A stretch of 64,000 nucleotides of DNA from an uncultured Gemmatimonadales bacterium (GTDB lineage Bacteria; Gemmatimonadota; Gemmatimonadetes; Gemmatimonadales; Gemmatimonadaceae), in NCBI GenBank assembly GCA_963707505.1, contig CAVPQB010000004.1, positions 1,216,001 through 1,280,000 on the forward strand, read 5' to 3'. Made by a program: the position numbers and the translations under genes. The first letter of the stretch is position 1, and every line of letters starts with the position of its first letter. The notes under the pieces were generated by a model. It was not told where the DNA came from. It was given only the letters and a program-made list of their open reading frames with translations, and did no database searches. Of the stretch, positions 31,989 through 41,526 are shown in pieces.

Positions 31989-32804
31989 TCAGGCTGCGGT
32001 CAGGAATGAGAGAGTGCCGTTCGGAACGCGTCCCTGCTTGACGAGCCGGCGGAAGAATTCGGTGAGGCCTGCAAGATGCGGGTAGGAAAGCCTGTAGTCG
32101 AGACCCGAGAGGTATTCGTCGCACACTTCGGTAGCAACTCCAGTGGCGTCGTGCGCCTGCCGGGCGAGGGTCGTGCGATGCGCCACACCCCAGTTGCGAG
32201 ACTCGATCAGTCTCGCGTGAACGGCCAGCGCGCTGGACACATCCACACCGCGCCGCGCAACCCAGACAGCGAAGACGAACGGCAGATCGGTCCAGCTCTT
32301 CCACACCTCTCCCAGGTCGTACACGTACGGATAACGTCTGCTGTCGGCGAGGACGAGCGCTGCGTCGCCTATGACGAGGCGTGCGTCGTGCGAGTCGTCG
32401 GTGCGAATGTCGCGGATCTCTGCGTCACCCGGAACAAAGTCGGGCAGCGTGCGCCACACATTCTCGAACAGCAGCTGGAGTAGCGCGACGCTCGTCATCG
32501 AGCTGCGCGAGACGACCACACTGCGGGCGCCCAACTGCTCGGCGGGCAACCTCGAGAACAGCATCACGCTGCGTACCGGTCCGTCGCATGAGATCGCGAG
32601 ATCCGGTAGCAGCAGATACCGCTCGGAATCGCGCGCGTACTCCACGGCGGAGACGACGCTGATGTCGAGCGCACCGTTCGCCATCATGCTGTTCAGCGCA
32701 GTCGGGATGCCGTCGATGAGCTCACCGTCGAGCGGAATGATTCCGCGGTCTATTGCGCCGTAAACGGGATAGCAGTTGATGTACGGGATGCGTCCGATCT
32801 TCAT
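31989..32804 (-). CDS. mqnA: Chorismate dehydratase
   Basis: IGRIPYINCYP, DGPVRSV, SSMTSV.L, LVIGDAAL, DLGE.W..WT.LPFVFAVW. Confidence 0.92.
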   Translation of the reverse strand: MKIGRIPYINCYPVYGAIDRGIIPLDGELIDGIPTALNSMMANGALDISVVSAVEYARDSERYLLLPDLAISCDGPVRSVMLFSRLPAEQLGARSVVVSRSSMTSVALLQLLFENVWRTLPDFVPGDAEIRDIRTDDSHDARLVIGDAALVLADSRRYPYVYDLGEVWKSWTDLPFVFAVWVARRGVDVSSALAVHARLIESRNWGVAHRTTLARQAHDATGVATEVCDEYLSGLDYRLSYPHLAGLTEFFRRLVKQGRVPNGTLSFLTAA

Positions 32805-32819
32805 GCGCTCTTCATGCGG

Positions 32820-33980
32820 CTACGCCGCGCGCTGCGATGAATCGTCGCCGAACGTGCGGACGACGTTGTACAGCGAGTCGCGCTCGACCGGTACACGGCG
32901 CGCACCGCGTATCAGCTTGATCAGATCATCCAGTGACATCCCCTGTGCCGTGTGCGCGCCAGCCTCGTGGTAGATCTTCTCCTTCACCACGGTACCTTCC
33001 AGGTCGTTCACGCCGAACGACAGCGACGCCTGCGACAGGCCCGGCGTCACCATTATCCAGTGACTCTTGATGTGGTCGAAGTTGTCGAGGAAGAGCCGGC
33101 CAACGGCGAGATTGCGAAGATCGTCGAACCCCGACGTCGCGGTCCCCTCGCGCCCGAGCTCGATTCCGAGCTCGTTGTTGTCTGGGTGATACGCCAGCGG
33201 AACGTACGCGAGAAAGCCGCCGGTCTCGTCCTGCAGATCGCGCAACATCATGAGATGATCGACGCGATCCTGCATCGTCTCCACGTGACCGTAAAGCATC
33301 GTGCAGTTGCTGCGGATACCAAGACGGTGCGCTACGCGATGCACTTCGATCCAGTCCTCCGCGGCGAGCTTCTTCTCCGCGATATTGGCGCGCACTGCCT
33401 TGCTGAACACCTCGGCGCCGCCGCCGGGCAACGTATCGAGCCCCGCGTCGCGCAGCGTGACCAGAACCTCCTCGACCGACATCTTGTCGATGCGCGCGAT
33501 GTGCGCGATCTCGACCGCGGTCAGCGCCTTGATGTGGATGTTGGGATGGCGCTGCTTGAGGCCGCGGAACATGTCAGCGTAGTACTGCAGGCCGGCCTTC
33601 ATGTCGAGTCCGCCCACGATGTGGAACTCCCGGGTCAATCCACCGGTGGAGTTCGACTCTTCGAACACTTGTTCGAGACTGTAATGATAGGCCCCGTCTT
33701 CCTTGGGGAGTCGCGCGAAAGAGCAGAAGACGCACGTCGTCCGCAGGTAGCAGACGTTGGTCGGATTTATGTGCTGATTCGAGGCGAATGTCACGCGATC
33801 GCCGTTCTTCGCGCGATTCACCTGATCTGCAAGCGAACCCAGTCCGATGATGTCGGGGCTCTCGAACAGTGCGAGGCCGTCAGAGCTGTCCAGTCTCGTG
33901 CCAGAGGAGAGCTTGTCGCCTGCGGCGCGCAGTGCGGGATCGGTGACGAGCGACAGGTCCAGCGTCATTCCCGCGAGCAT
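32820..33980 (-). CDS. mqnE: Aminofutalosine synthase (radical SAM)
   Basis: HINPTNVC, EFHIVGG, HIKALTAVEI, TMLYGHVET, FDHIK..W, GTVV.EKIYH.AGA. Confidence 0.92.
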   Translation of the reverse strand: MLAGMTLDLSLVTDPALRAAGDKLSSGTRLDSSDGLALFESPDIIGLGSLADQVNRAKNGDRVTFASNQHINPTNVCYLRTTCVFCSFARLPKEDGAYHYSLEQVFEESNSTGGLTREFHIVGGLDMKAGLQYYADMFRGLKQRHPNIHIKALTAVEIAHIARIDKMSVEEVLVTLRDAGLDTLPGGGAEVFSKAVRANIAEKKLAAEDWIEVHRVAHRLGIRSNCTMLYGHVETMQDRVDHLMMLRDLQDETGGFLAYVPLAYHPDNNELGIELGREGTATSGFDDLRNLAVGRLFLDNFDHIKSHWIMVTPGLSQASLSFGVNDLEGTVVKEKIYHEAGAHTAQGMSLDDLIKLIRGARRVPVERDSLYNVVRTFGDDSSQRAA

Positions 33981-33988
33981 GCAGCGTG

Positions 33989-35239
33989 TTACCCCTCGAA
34001 ACGCCGGATAGCCAGGCTGACGTTGTGGCCGCCGAAACCAAAGCTGTTGCTCAGCGCGGCGGTTACAGGCCGCGTGACCGCGACGTTAGGCGTGAAGTTG
34101 AGATCGAGCTCCGGATCCGGATGCTCGTAATTGATAGTTGGTGGAATCACGCCCTCTCCGACAACGAGTGCGCAGATAACGAATTCAACCGCACCGGCAG
34201 CGCCGAGCATGTGGCCCGTCGCAGATTTGGTGGAGCTGACGTTGAGGTCCTTGGCGTGCTCGCCGAAGACGGCCTTGATGGCACGCGTCTCGTTGAGATC
34301 ATTCGCCGGCGTGGACGTACCGTGTGCGTTGATGTATTGAATGTCGGCGGGTCCGAGCTTGGCATCGCGCATCGCACGCTTCATTGCGCGCTGCGCACCC
34401 TCGCCATCCGGTGCCGGTGCAGTAAGGTGATACGCATCACCGGTCGCACCGTAGCCAACGATCTCCGCGTAGATCGTCGCGCCGCGCGCACGCGCATGCT
34501 CGAGTTCTTCGAGTATGACGATGCCCGCGCCCTCACCCATTACGAAGCCGTCGCGCGTTGCGTCGAATGGACGAGATGCGGTGGACGGGGAATCGTTACG
34601 CTCGGAAAGCGCCTTCATGTTGGCGAAGCCGCCAATCGCCATCGGTGTGACGGTGGCTTCGGCGCCGCCGGTGATCATCACATCAGCGTCGCCGTACTGG
34701 ATCGTTCTGAACGCGTCGCCGATCGCGTGCGCGGACGTCGCGCATGCGGAAACGGTCGCGTAGTTCGGTCCCTTTGCATTGAACTGCATCGAGACGATTC
34801 CAGCGGCGATGTCCGCGATGAACATCGGGATGAAGAAAGGGCTGATCTTGCTTGGGCCCAACTCCCGATACACGTCGTGTTGCTCCTCAAAGCTCTTGAG
34901 GCCGCCGATTCCGGAACCGATGATGACGCCGATCCGGTCCGGATCGATTCCCGCTTCCGCAGGGTCGCTGAGTCCAGCATCCGACATCGCCATTTTGGCG
35001 GCGGCGACGGCATACTGAGTGTACACATCGGAGCGTTTGACTTCCTTGCGCTCCATGTACTCGCCAGGATTGAAATCCTTGACCTCGGCGGCAAACCGCA
35101 CAGGAAACTTGCTCGCGTCGAATTTGGTAATCGGCGCGACGCCAGACGTGCCAGCCTTGAGAGCTTCCCAAGTCGCCGCCACAGAGTTGCCGACGGGCGT
35201 GACAACGCCCATGCCGGTGACGACGACCCTACGCGCCAT
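33989..35239 (-). CDS. fabF: Beta-ketoacyl-ACP synthase II
   Basis: RRVVVTG, SACATSAH, INAHGTST, STKS.TGH.LG, SNSFGFGGHN. Confidence 0.97.
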   Translation of the reverse strand: MARRVVVTGMGVVTPVGNSVAATWEALKAGTSGVAPITKFDASKFPVRFAAEVKDFNPGEYMERKEVKRSDVYTQYAVAAAKMAMSDAGLSDPAEAGIDPDRIGVIIGSGIGGLKSFEEQHDVYRELGPSKISPFFIPMFIADIAAGIVSMQFNAKGPNYATVSACATSAHAIGDAFRTIQYGDADVMITGGAEATVTPMAIGGFANMKALSERNDSPSTASRPFDATRDGFVMGEGAGIVILEELEHARARGATIYAEIVGYGATGDAYHLTAPAPDGEGAQRAMKRAMRDAKLGPADIQYINAHGTSTPANDLNETRAIKAVFGEHAKDLNVSSTKSATGHMLGAAGAVEFVICALVVGEGVIPPTINYEHPDPELDLNFTPNVAVTRPVTAALSNSFGFGGHNVSLAIRRFEG

Positions 35240-35478
35240 TACGCAGCGACCTTTCCGTTCAGATACGCGAGCGCATCACCAACGGTGCGCAGCTTCTCTG
35301 CGTCTTCGTCGGGAATTTCGATGTTGAATTCCTTCTCGAATTCCATCACCAGCTCGACGATGTCGAGGCTGTCAGCACCGAGATCGTCGATGAACGACGC
35401 GCCGTCGGTCAGCTTCTCGCGCTCCACGCCAAGCTCGTTGGCGATAATGTCCTTTACCTTCTCCGAATTGTCGGCCAT
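35239..35478 (-). CDS. acpP: Acyl carrier protein
   Basis: [14 protein letters not shown]. Confidence 0.97.
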   Translation of the reverse strand: MADNSEKVKDIIANELGVEREKLTDGASFIDDLGADSLDIVELVMEFEKEFNIEIPDEDAEKLRTVGDALAYLNGKVAA

Positions 35479-35558
35479 GCGGATCCTCGTACAGTTTGGG
35501 GGTAACGTTACAATTTAACCCTGGCCCGGTAGGCCAGGTAGAGAGTGTGACACAGGCG

Positions 35559-36299
35559 TTAGATCATCCCGCCGTCCACCACCAGGACCTGCCCCGTGAT
35601 GTACGATGCCAGGTCGGACGCCAGAAACGCGACCACTCCAGCAACATCCATGGGAGCCCCTAGACGTTCCAGCGGGATCTGGCCGGCCATCGCCGACCGT
35701 GCTTCCGGCGTCATCGCAGCGGTCATCTCCGTGTCGATGAAGCCGGGTGCTACAGCGTTCGCCAGGATGTTGCGCGAGCCAAGCTCCCTGGCGACCGATT
35801 TGGTGAGGCCGATCAGGCCGGCCTTGCTCGCTGCGTAGTTGGCCTGCCCCTTGTTGCCGTTGATTCCGACGATGCTCGTGATGTTGATCACTCGGCCCCA
35901 GCGACGTTTCATCATTCCGCGTGTCGCCGCACGAATCGCCACGAATGCGCCGCGCAGATTGGCGTCGATCACCGCGTCCCAGTCGTCGTCCTTGATGCGC
36001 ATCAGGAGGTTGTCACGCGTGAGTCCGGCGTTGTTGACGAGAATGTCGATTCCGCCAAACGCTGCCTCCACATCTGCTATGAGTTTTGTGACGGCGGCAA
36101 CGTCCCCAACGTCGGCAGCGAAACCAAGCGAGCCGCCGCCGATCTCTGCGGCGACTGATTGACTGCGCTCCAGGTCGCGGCCAACCACCGCGACCCGCGC
36201 TCCGCACTCGGCGAGCGTATTCGCAATCGCACGGCCGATACCGCGCGTGCTGCCGGTGACGAGTGCATTTCGCCCGGAAAGATCTATCTGAATGCTCAT
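35559..36299 (-). CDS. fabG: 3-oxoacyl-ACP reductase
   Basis: VTGSTRGIG, NNAG.TRD, YAASKAG. Confidence 0.96.
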   Translation of the reverse strand: MSIQIDLSGRNALVTGSTRGIGRAIANTLAECGARVAVVGRDLERSQSVAAEIGGGSLGFAADVGDVAAVTKLIADVEAAFGGIDILVNNAGLTRDNLLMRIKDDDWDAVIDANLRGAFVAIRAATRGMMKRRWGRVINITSIVGINGNKGQANYAASKAGLIGLTKSVARELGSRNILANAVAPGFIDTEMTAAMTPEARSAMAGQIPLERLGAPMDVAGVVAFLASDLASYITGQVLVVDGGMI

Positions 36300-37234
36300 C
36301 CCAGCGCCTCGGCGAGTTTGTCGACGTCCGCGGGCGCGCCGACCGCGATGGTGCGTGCGCCCGGCACGAGATGCGATACCAGCCCGCCGAGAACCCTGCC
36401 CGGCCCCAGCTCGACATATAGCGAGTCAGGATGTGCAGCGTCCATCGCGCGGACTTCGGCCGACCATCTTACGGGAGACGTCAACTGTCGCAGCAGCAGC
36501 GTGCGTGCTTCATCACCGCTCGTGCACGCGTCGGCGGTCACGTTGGAGTAAACGGGAAATTCCGGATCGGCGACTTCCGTAGCCCGGAGCGCGCCGCTGA
36601 ATGCGATCTCCGTCGGCTCCATCAACGGCGAATGAAATGCGCCGCTCACTGCAAGTCGCAGCGATCGTTTGGCGCCAGCTGCCTTTGCCAGTTCCATGAC
36701 GCGCTCAACGCCGGCGGGCTCGCCTGAAACAACGACCTGTTCGTCGTTATTGTAATTGGCTGGCACAACCAGGCCGGCCTCGCGCGACGCCTGCCTGCAG
36801 AGTTCATCTATCGGAACGGTCAGGTGGCCGAGTACGGCTGCCATGGTGCCCGGACGCTCGGATCCGATGTCGAACATTATCTCGCCACGTTGCCGTACCA
36901 GCCTCGCTCCGGATTCCAGCCCGAGCGAGCCGGCCGCGTGGTAGGCTGTGAACTCGCCGAGCGAATGGCCTGCGGCCGCAACCACGCGGTTGGCGAGCAT
37001 GTCGCGCGCGGCGGCCCACGCAGCTGCCCCGTGTGCGTACAGCGCCGGCTGCGCGTTTTTGGTGAGTGTCAGCTCTTCCTGTGGCCCGTCGAAGCAGAGC
37101 GAGCTGAGTGCGAAGCCGAGTGCATCGTCAATGCGCTCGAACGTGTCGCGCGCGGCGGGAAACGCCGTGGCGAGATCCTTTCCCATTCCTTGCTTTTGTG
37201 ATCCCTGTCCGGGAAAGAGCAGGATGACGTTCAT
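36296..37234 (-). CDS. fabD: Malonyl-CoA:ACP transacylase
   Basis: FPGQGSQ, GHSLGE, VSGAFHS. Confidence 0.96.
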   Translation of the reverse strand: MNVILLFPGQGSQKQGMGKDLATAFPAARDTFERIDDALGFALSSLCFDGPQEELTLTKNAQPALYAHGAAAWAAARDMLANRVVAAAGHSLGEFTAYHAAGSLGLESGARLVRQRGEIMFDIGSERPGTMAAVLGHLTVPIDELCRQASREAGLVVPANYNNDEQVVVSGEPAGVERVMELAKAAGAKRSLRLAVSGAFHSPLMEPTEIAFSGALRATEVADPEFPVYSNVTADACTSGDEARTLLLRQLTSPVRWSAEVRAMDAAHPDSLYVELGPGRVLGGLVSHLVPGARTIAVGAPADVDKLAEALG

Positions 37235-37258
37235 CGATCGCTTGCGGTTCTTGCCGGA

Positions 37259-38254
37259 TTACAGGCGAACGATCGCGGAAGCCCACGTGAAGCCCGCACC
37301 GAATGCAACCATCATCACGGTCGAGCCGGGCCCGACGATCTTCTTCTCGATTACCTCGTCCAGCGCGATAGGAATCGACGCGGACGACGTATTGCCAAAG
37401 CGATCCACATTCACGTACACCTTGTCCATCGAGATATTCGCGTGCTTCGCCGTTGCTTCGATGATGCGCGTGTTGGCCTGGTGCGGAATGAGAAGATCGA
37501 TGTCGGCGGCGCGAAGCTTGGCCGAGTCGAGTGCGCGGTCAGCGGCTTCACTCATCTCGCGCACTGCATGCTTGAACACTTCGCGACCGGCCATCTTCAC
37601 GAGGTGAGTGCGGTTCTCGAGAACCTCGGGCGTCATCGGATGCGCGGCGCCGCCGTCGGGACGGTACAGCAGATTCGCGAGACAGCCGTCGCTGCGCAGG
37701 AACGTCGACAGAATACCGGTGCGCTCACCGGACTTGTTGCGCTGCAACACGACGGCGCCCGAGCCGTCGCCGAACAACACGCACGTCGACCGGTCCTTCC
37801 AGTCGATGATCGCGCTCATCTTCTCGGCGCCGACCACGAGCGCCGTATCGATCGCGCCTGATGCGATCATGCCTTCGGCGACTGCGAGCCCGTACAGCCA
37901 ACCGGAGCACGCCGCCGAGACGTCGAATGCAGCGGCACGCGTTGCGCCGAGCTCGGCCTGGAGATCGACTGCCGTTGCGGGAAGCAGACGGTCCGGCGTT
38001 GCGGTGCTGAGTATTATCGCGTCGATCTCGCCCGCGGTGACCCCTGCTTTGGCCATCGCCTGGCGCGACGCGGTGGCGGCCATCCAGCAGGTCGTCTCAG
38101 TTTCGGAGGCGATGCGGCGCTCATGGATGCCTGTGCGCTCCATGATCCATTCGTCCGACGTCTCGATGCCGATCGATGCGAAGTCGTCGTTGGTGAAGAT
38201 CCTCGCCGGGAGGCCGCGTCCTGTTCCGGTTATACGTGCGATTGCTGGAATCAT
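37259..38254 (-). CDS. fabH: Beta-ketoacyl-ACP synthase III
   Basis: WI..RTGI, AACSG, LFGDG, PHQAN, GNTSSAS. Confidence 0.96.
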   Translation of the reverse strand: MIPAIARITGTGRGLPARIFTNDDFASIGIETSDEWIMERTGIHERRIASETETTCWMAATASRQAMAKAGVTAGEIDAIILSTATPDRLLPATAVDLQAELGATRAAAFDVSAACSGWLYGLAVAEGMIASGAIDTALVVGAEKMSAIIDWKDRSTCVLFGDGSGAVVLQRNKSGERTGILSTFLRSDGCLANLLYRPDGGAAHPMTPEVLENRTHLVKMAGREVFKHAVREMSEAADRALDSAKLRAADIDLLIPHQANTRIIEATAKHANISMDKVYVNVDRFGNTSSASIPIALDEVIEKKIVGPGSTVMMVAFGAGFTWASAIVRL

Positions 38255-39291
38255 GATGCTGCTACCGCCGCGGAGTGCTTCTGTTCAGAGGCGGTGAGAC
38301 GCTGGCCCATTAGATCGTTCATCTTGCTCTCCACTGCACGCACGCCGACCTTCACTGCGTTCTTGATGGCGCGCGGCGATGACTTGCCATGTGAGATTAT
38401 GCTGATGCCGCGCACGCCCAGTAGAGGGGCGCCGCCGTGCTCAGAGTAGTCTAGCTGGCTGAGCGAGCGAGCGAGTGTTTCGGGCTCGATGCCAGCAGAT
38501 TTTTTTATGAGGCCGACGATCATCGGGGTGACGGCCTCGTAGAATTTGAGTACCACATTACCGACGAACCCGTCACAAACCACCACGTCGATCAATCCCG
38601 CGTCGGTGCGGCCTGCCGGGAGATCGCGTCCTTCGACGTTGCCCGCGAAGTTGAAACCAGCGGCTGCGAAGAGCGCGTTGGCTTCCTTGACGACCGCGTT
38701 TCCCTTCTCGGGCTCCTCGCCGATGCTGAGCAGTCCTATAGCCGGATTTTCGCGGCCCAGGATGCACTCGGCGTAGACGCCTCCGAGCCACGCGAACTGG
38801 AGCAGCTCGCGGGCCGAGCAGTCGACGTTGGCGCCCGAGTCCAGCACGACGACCGGCCGTTGGGCGGTAGGAAAGAGCGTCGCGATGGCTGGCCGGTGGA
38901 GTCCGGGAAGCAGCTTGAGAATGAGCGCTGAGGCCGCCATCTGGGCCCCGGTACTGCCAGCCGAGACGAAAGCGTCGGCCTCACCTTTTACTTGAAGTGT
39001 GAGGCCTATCGTCATGGAGTTATTGGGCTTAGCGCGCAGCGCAGCAACCGGCTTATCGGACATGTCGATGATATCTGGGGCATCGACGATGGATATCCGG
39101 CTACGGTGCGACGCAAGCGAGGCGTACTCGCCCGCGAGCAGCGAGTCGAGCGTGCTCTGGATAAGGTCAGCGCGCCCGACGAGTTGGATGCTGTGTGACT
39201 GATCCAGATCCGCCAGCGCGAGGAGCGCGCCTGCGACCGGAGCGGCGGGGGCAAAGTCGCCCCCCATCGCGTCTAACGCGATGCGGGCCAA
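38251..39291 (-). CDS. plsX: Phosphate acyltransferase
   Basis: IALDAMGGDFAP, SAGSTGA, LDSGANVD, GNVEGRD, CDGFVGNVVLK, HGKS. Confidence 0.97.
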   Translation of the reverse strand: MARIALDAMGGDFAPAAPVAGALLALADLDQSHSIQLVGRADLIQSTLDSLLAGEYASLASHRSRISIVDAPDIIDMSDKPVAALRAKPNNSMTIGLTLQVKGEADAFVSAGSTGAQMAASALILKLLPGLHRPAIATLFPTAQRPVVVLDSGANVDCSARELLQFAWLGGVYAECILGRENPAIGLLSIGEEPEKGNAVVKEANALFAAAGFNFAGNVEGRDLPAGRTDAGLIDVVVCDGFVGNVVLKFYEAVTPMIVGLIKKSAGIEPETLARSLSQLDYSEHGGAPLLGVRGISIISHGKSSPRAIKNAVKVGVRAVESKMNDLMGQRLTASEQKHSAAVAAS

Positions 39292-39474
39292 CTAGGCGCC
39301 CTTAGCGGCTACTCTCTGTTTGCCGCCGTAGTAGCCACATTCCTCGCACACGTGGTGCGGACGTTTGATGGCCTGGCACTGCGGACACTTCTGGAGAGCA
39401 ATCGCGGGAGCTCCCTTCGCAGTGTTGCGGAGGCGCTTGCGCTGCTTGGATATACGGCGTTTGGGGACGGCCAT
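39292..39474 (-). CDS. rpmF: 50S ribosomal protein L32
   Basis: MAVPKRRISK..CPQC..HHVCEECGYY. Confidence 0.97.
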   Translation of the reverse strand: MAVPKRRISKQRKRLRNTAKGAPAIALQKCPQCQAIKRPHHVCEECGYYGGKQRVAAKGA

Positions 39475-39497
39475 GGGACGGCTTCTAGGTCAGGTTT

Positions 39498-40031
39498 TCA
39501 GGCTTGGAAGTCGTCGCGCGAGACGTTACTCTGGCGCAGCGAATCCCATCGGGCATCGGTGGTGACGGGCTCGCAGTCGCAAGCCCCTTCGTTCAGGTTG
39601 GTGCCGCACTTGAGGCAGAGCCCCTTGCAGTCCTCCCTGCATTCAACGAAGGCTGGCACCGAGAGGAGCCACCCTTCGCGTACAGCTGGTCTAACGTCGA
39701 GCTGGTGAGCGCCGGGATCGTACGTGAATACGTCCGGATCATCTTCCGTCGTCGGATCGCCGGCGGGAGCGAAGATGAAATGTGCATCCTCACTCACTTC
39801 CCGGGTGACCTCGACGAGGCACTTCCGGCATTCCAGTGTCACCTGTCCGGAGAGCTTGCCGCTGAAGTAGAAACGGCCGGCACCGGCACTTGAAAGCCGT
39901 CCTTCGACGTGAACGGCGTCGTTTGGACGCGTATCGGCCGCACTCCATATGGGATCGTCAGCCGGAAGGTCTCCAACGACCTGTGCGGCGGTCGACTCCA
40001 GCGTGCGGATGTCGAAGGACAGCATAGCCAC
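39498..40031 (-). CDS. DUF177/YceD family protein (start 40031 or 40025)
   Basis: ECRKCL, CREDCKGLCLKCG.NLN..C.C, D.RW; located upstream of rpmF. Confidence 0.92.
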   Translation of the reverse strand: MAMLSFDIRTLESTAAQVVGDLPADDPIWSAADTRPNDAVHVEGRLSSAGAGRFYFSGKLSGQVTLECRKCLVEVTREVSEDAHFIFAPAGDPTTEDDPDVFTYDPGAHQLDVRPAVREGWLLSVPAFVECREDCKGLCLKCGTNLNEGACDCEPVTTDARWDSLRQSNVSRDDFQA

Positions 40032-40033
40032 AT

Positions 40034-40062
40034 AAGATAGCCAGATGGGGGGCGGGGTGCAA
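40034..40062 (-). promoter_or_regulatory. Putative sigma70 promoter of the yceD-rpmF-plsX-fab operon
   Basis: Minus strand TTGCAC-N17-TATCTT. Confidence 0.55.
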
Positions 40063-40112
40063 CGGGACAGGGCAGCGAGCGTGAAGGAGTGGCTAAGCCC
40101 TAGGCCCGTCGA

Positions 40113-40260
40113 TCACGACTGCGACTGCATGAACGCCCGCAAAACGGCGTTCATTCTTCCGTGGTATCCCGGTCCGTGGCGCTTAAAAAAACCAACACAT
40201 CAGGATCGACCCGAAACGCGATGGGTTTCTTTGCACCGACCGGAGAGCGGCCGATTGTGC
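40113..40260 (-). pseudogene. BrnA-type antitoxin C-terminal (RHH) fragment, frameshifted
   Basis: Manual translation gives ..PVGAKKPIAFRVDPDVLVF / FKRHGPGYHGRMNAVLRAFMQSQS*, with the shift at the T7 run (40185-40191). Not present in the ORF track. Confidence 0.75.
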
Positions 40261-40278
40261 ATGGTCATGAGGATAGTC

Positions 40279-41137
40279 CTATGGACGAATGGCAAAGGTG
40301 CGATGTACGAACCCCGGATGTCCACGCGCATCCTGGATATCGAACAGCATCACGTATGAGCCGGGCGTGAAGTTGGCCGTCATCGAAGCCTTCTGGCCGG
40401 CATACATGCCGCTCACGCCGCCGATTGCAGTCGCGGCGGGCGCCACTGTAGCGCGGTTGGCGTACCACGTGAGCGCATCCTGAGATGAGCGTCCGGGCAG
40501 CAGCTTCAACAGCTGAAAATCCCGGAAATGCGGACCATCACTCAGCACGCGAAGGATGCGCACGCCGCTCTTGAGAGGAGTACCGGTCAGGTCAATGTTG
40601 TTGCGGCTCATGGTCGCGACTGCATCGCTCACGGGAGCCAATCCGGTATCGGCCGCCGCAACCACGTCGAAGGAGCCGGCCATTCCCTTCACCACGTGAA
40701 GCGCTCCATCCGGTGATTTCACAAAGCAGCCTGACGGCGTATTGTCCGGGCGGAAAATACGCGGAGATAATCGCGGTGTCGCCGGGACTTACAACGTCGA
40801 CACCGGCCCAGCCTTTCACGTCCGGCGGTATGTGCTGATGGACGAGTGAATCCACAAACGCTGCAGGCGTATATCCGACCGGGACTGCCAGGACGCCCAG
40901 CATGTGCTGCTCACTGCCGCGATTCGCGAGACGGAGGGTAACCCAGCCGGACGGGGCGTGCATCGGGAGACCGGTGTACGCGTAGTCCGTCGCAGTAACG
41001 AGATAGTCGCGCGTGGCGGCCGCCACAGCGGAGTCGTGCGGTGCACCCATCGGTGGCTTCGCTCGCTCGTTGCGACTGCACCCTGCCCACGCAATTGCAA
41101 GAACGGCGATCGTAGCGGTCGATCCGGGGCTGCGCAT
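40279..41137 (-). CDS. Lipoprotein with two cupredoxin-like domains, one frameshift near 40733
   Basis: Lipobox AWAGC; VTATDYAY, L.NRGSEQH; the corrected frame reads GQYAVGCFVKSPDGALHVVKGM. Confidence 0.65.
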
Positions 41138-41232
41138 GAGGTTATAACGGTGATGGTTGGCGGCGAAGATGTATCCTGCCGCCACGCGCGTCAAGCTGAC
41201 TCGGTCCGGCTCTGACCCGTGGCGCGTCAGCG

Positions 41233-41526
41233 TCAGCGTGGCGTACCGAGCCGAGGCGACGGGTGTTCGGCGTCAGACAGGAGCTTCGTGACGAACCGCT
41301 GACCCTCGGCGATTCGCTCGACCTCGAGGGCGATCGCCTCTGTGGTCTGCTCCAGCCGCTGGAGACGCTGCTCCATCGGCTGCAACGACTCCGGGGACGG
41401 ACTGCTCGCGATCACCTTCCCGCGCCGAGCCCGTGTAAACGCGACGATCGTCCAACCAACGATCCCGAGGCTCAGTACTACGGCCAGACTGGAAATCGCG
41501 GAGTCTATCACGAAGGTAGGGTCCAT
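41233..41526 (-). CDS. Small single-TM plus coiled-coil protein of unknown function
   Basis: TM helix followed by RLQRLEQTTEAIALEVERIAEGQRFVTKLL. Confidence 0.7.
   Translation of the reverse strand: MDPTFVIDSAISSLAVVLSLGIVGWTIVAFTRARRGKVIASSPSPESLQPMEQRLQRLEQTTEAIALEVERIAEGQRFVTKLLSDAEHPSPRLGTPR

Noticed and set aside
40185..40191. T7 run as a programmed frameshift or phase-variation site
   Set aside because: The BrnA fragment has no start codon, and homopolymer error or decay is simpler.
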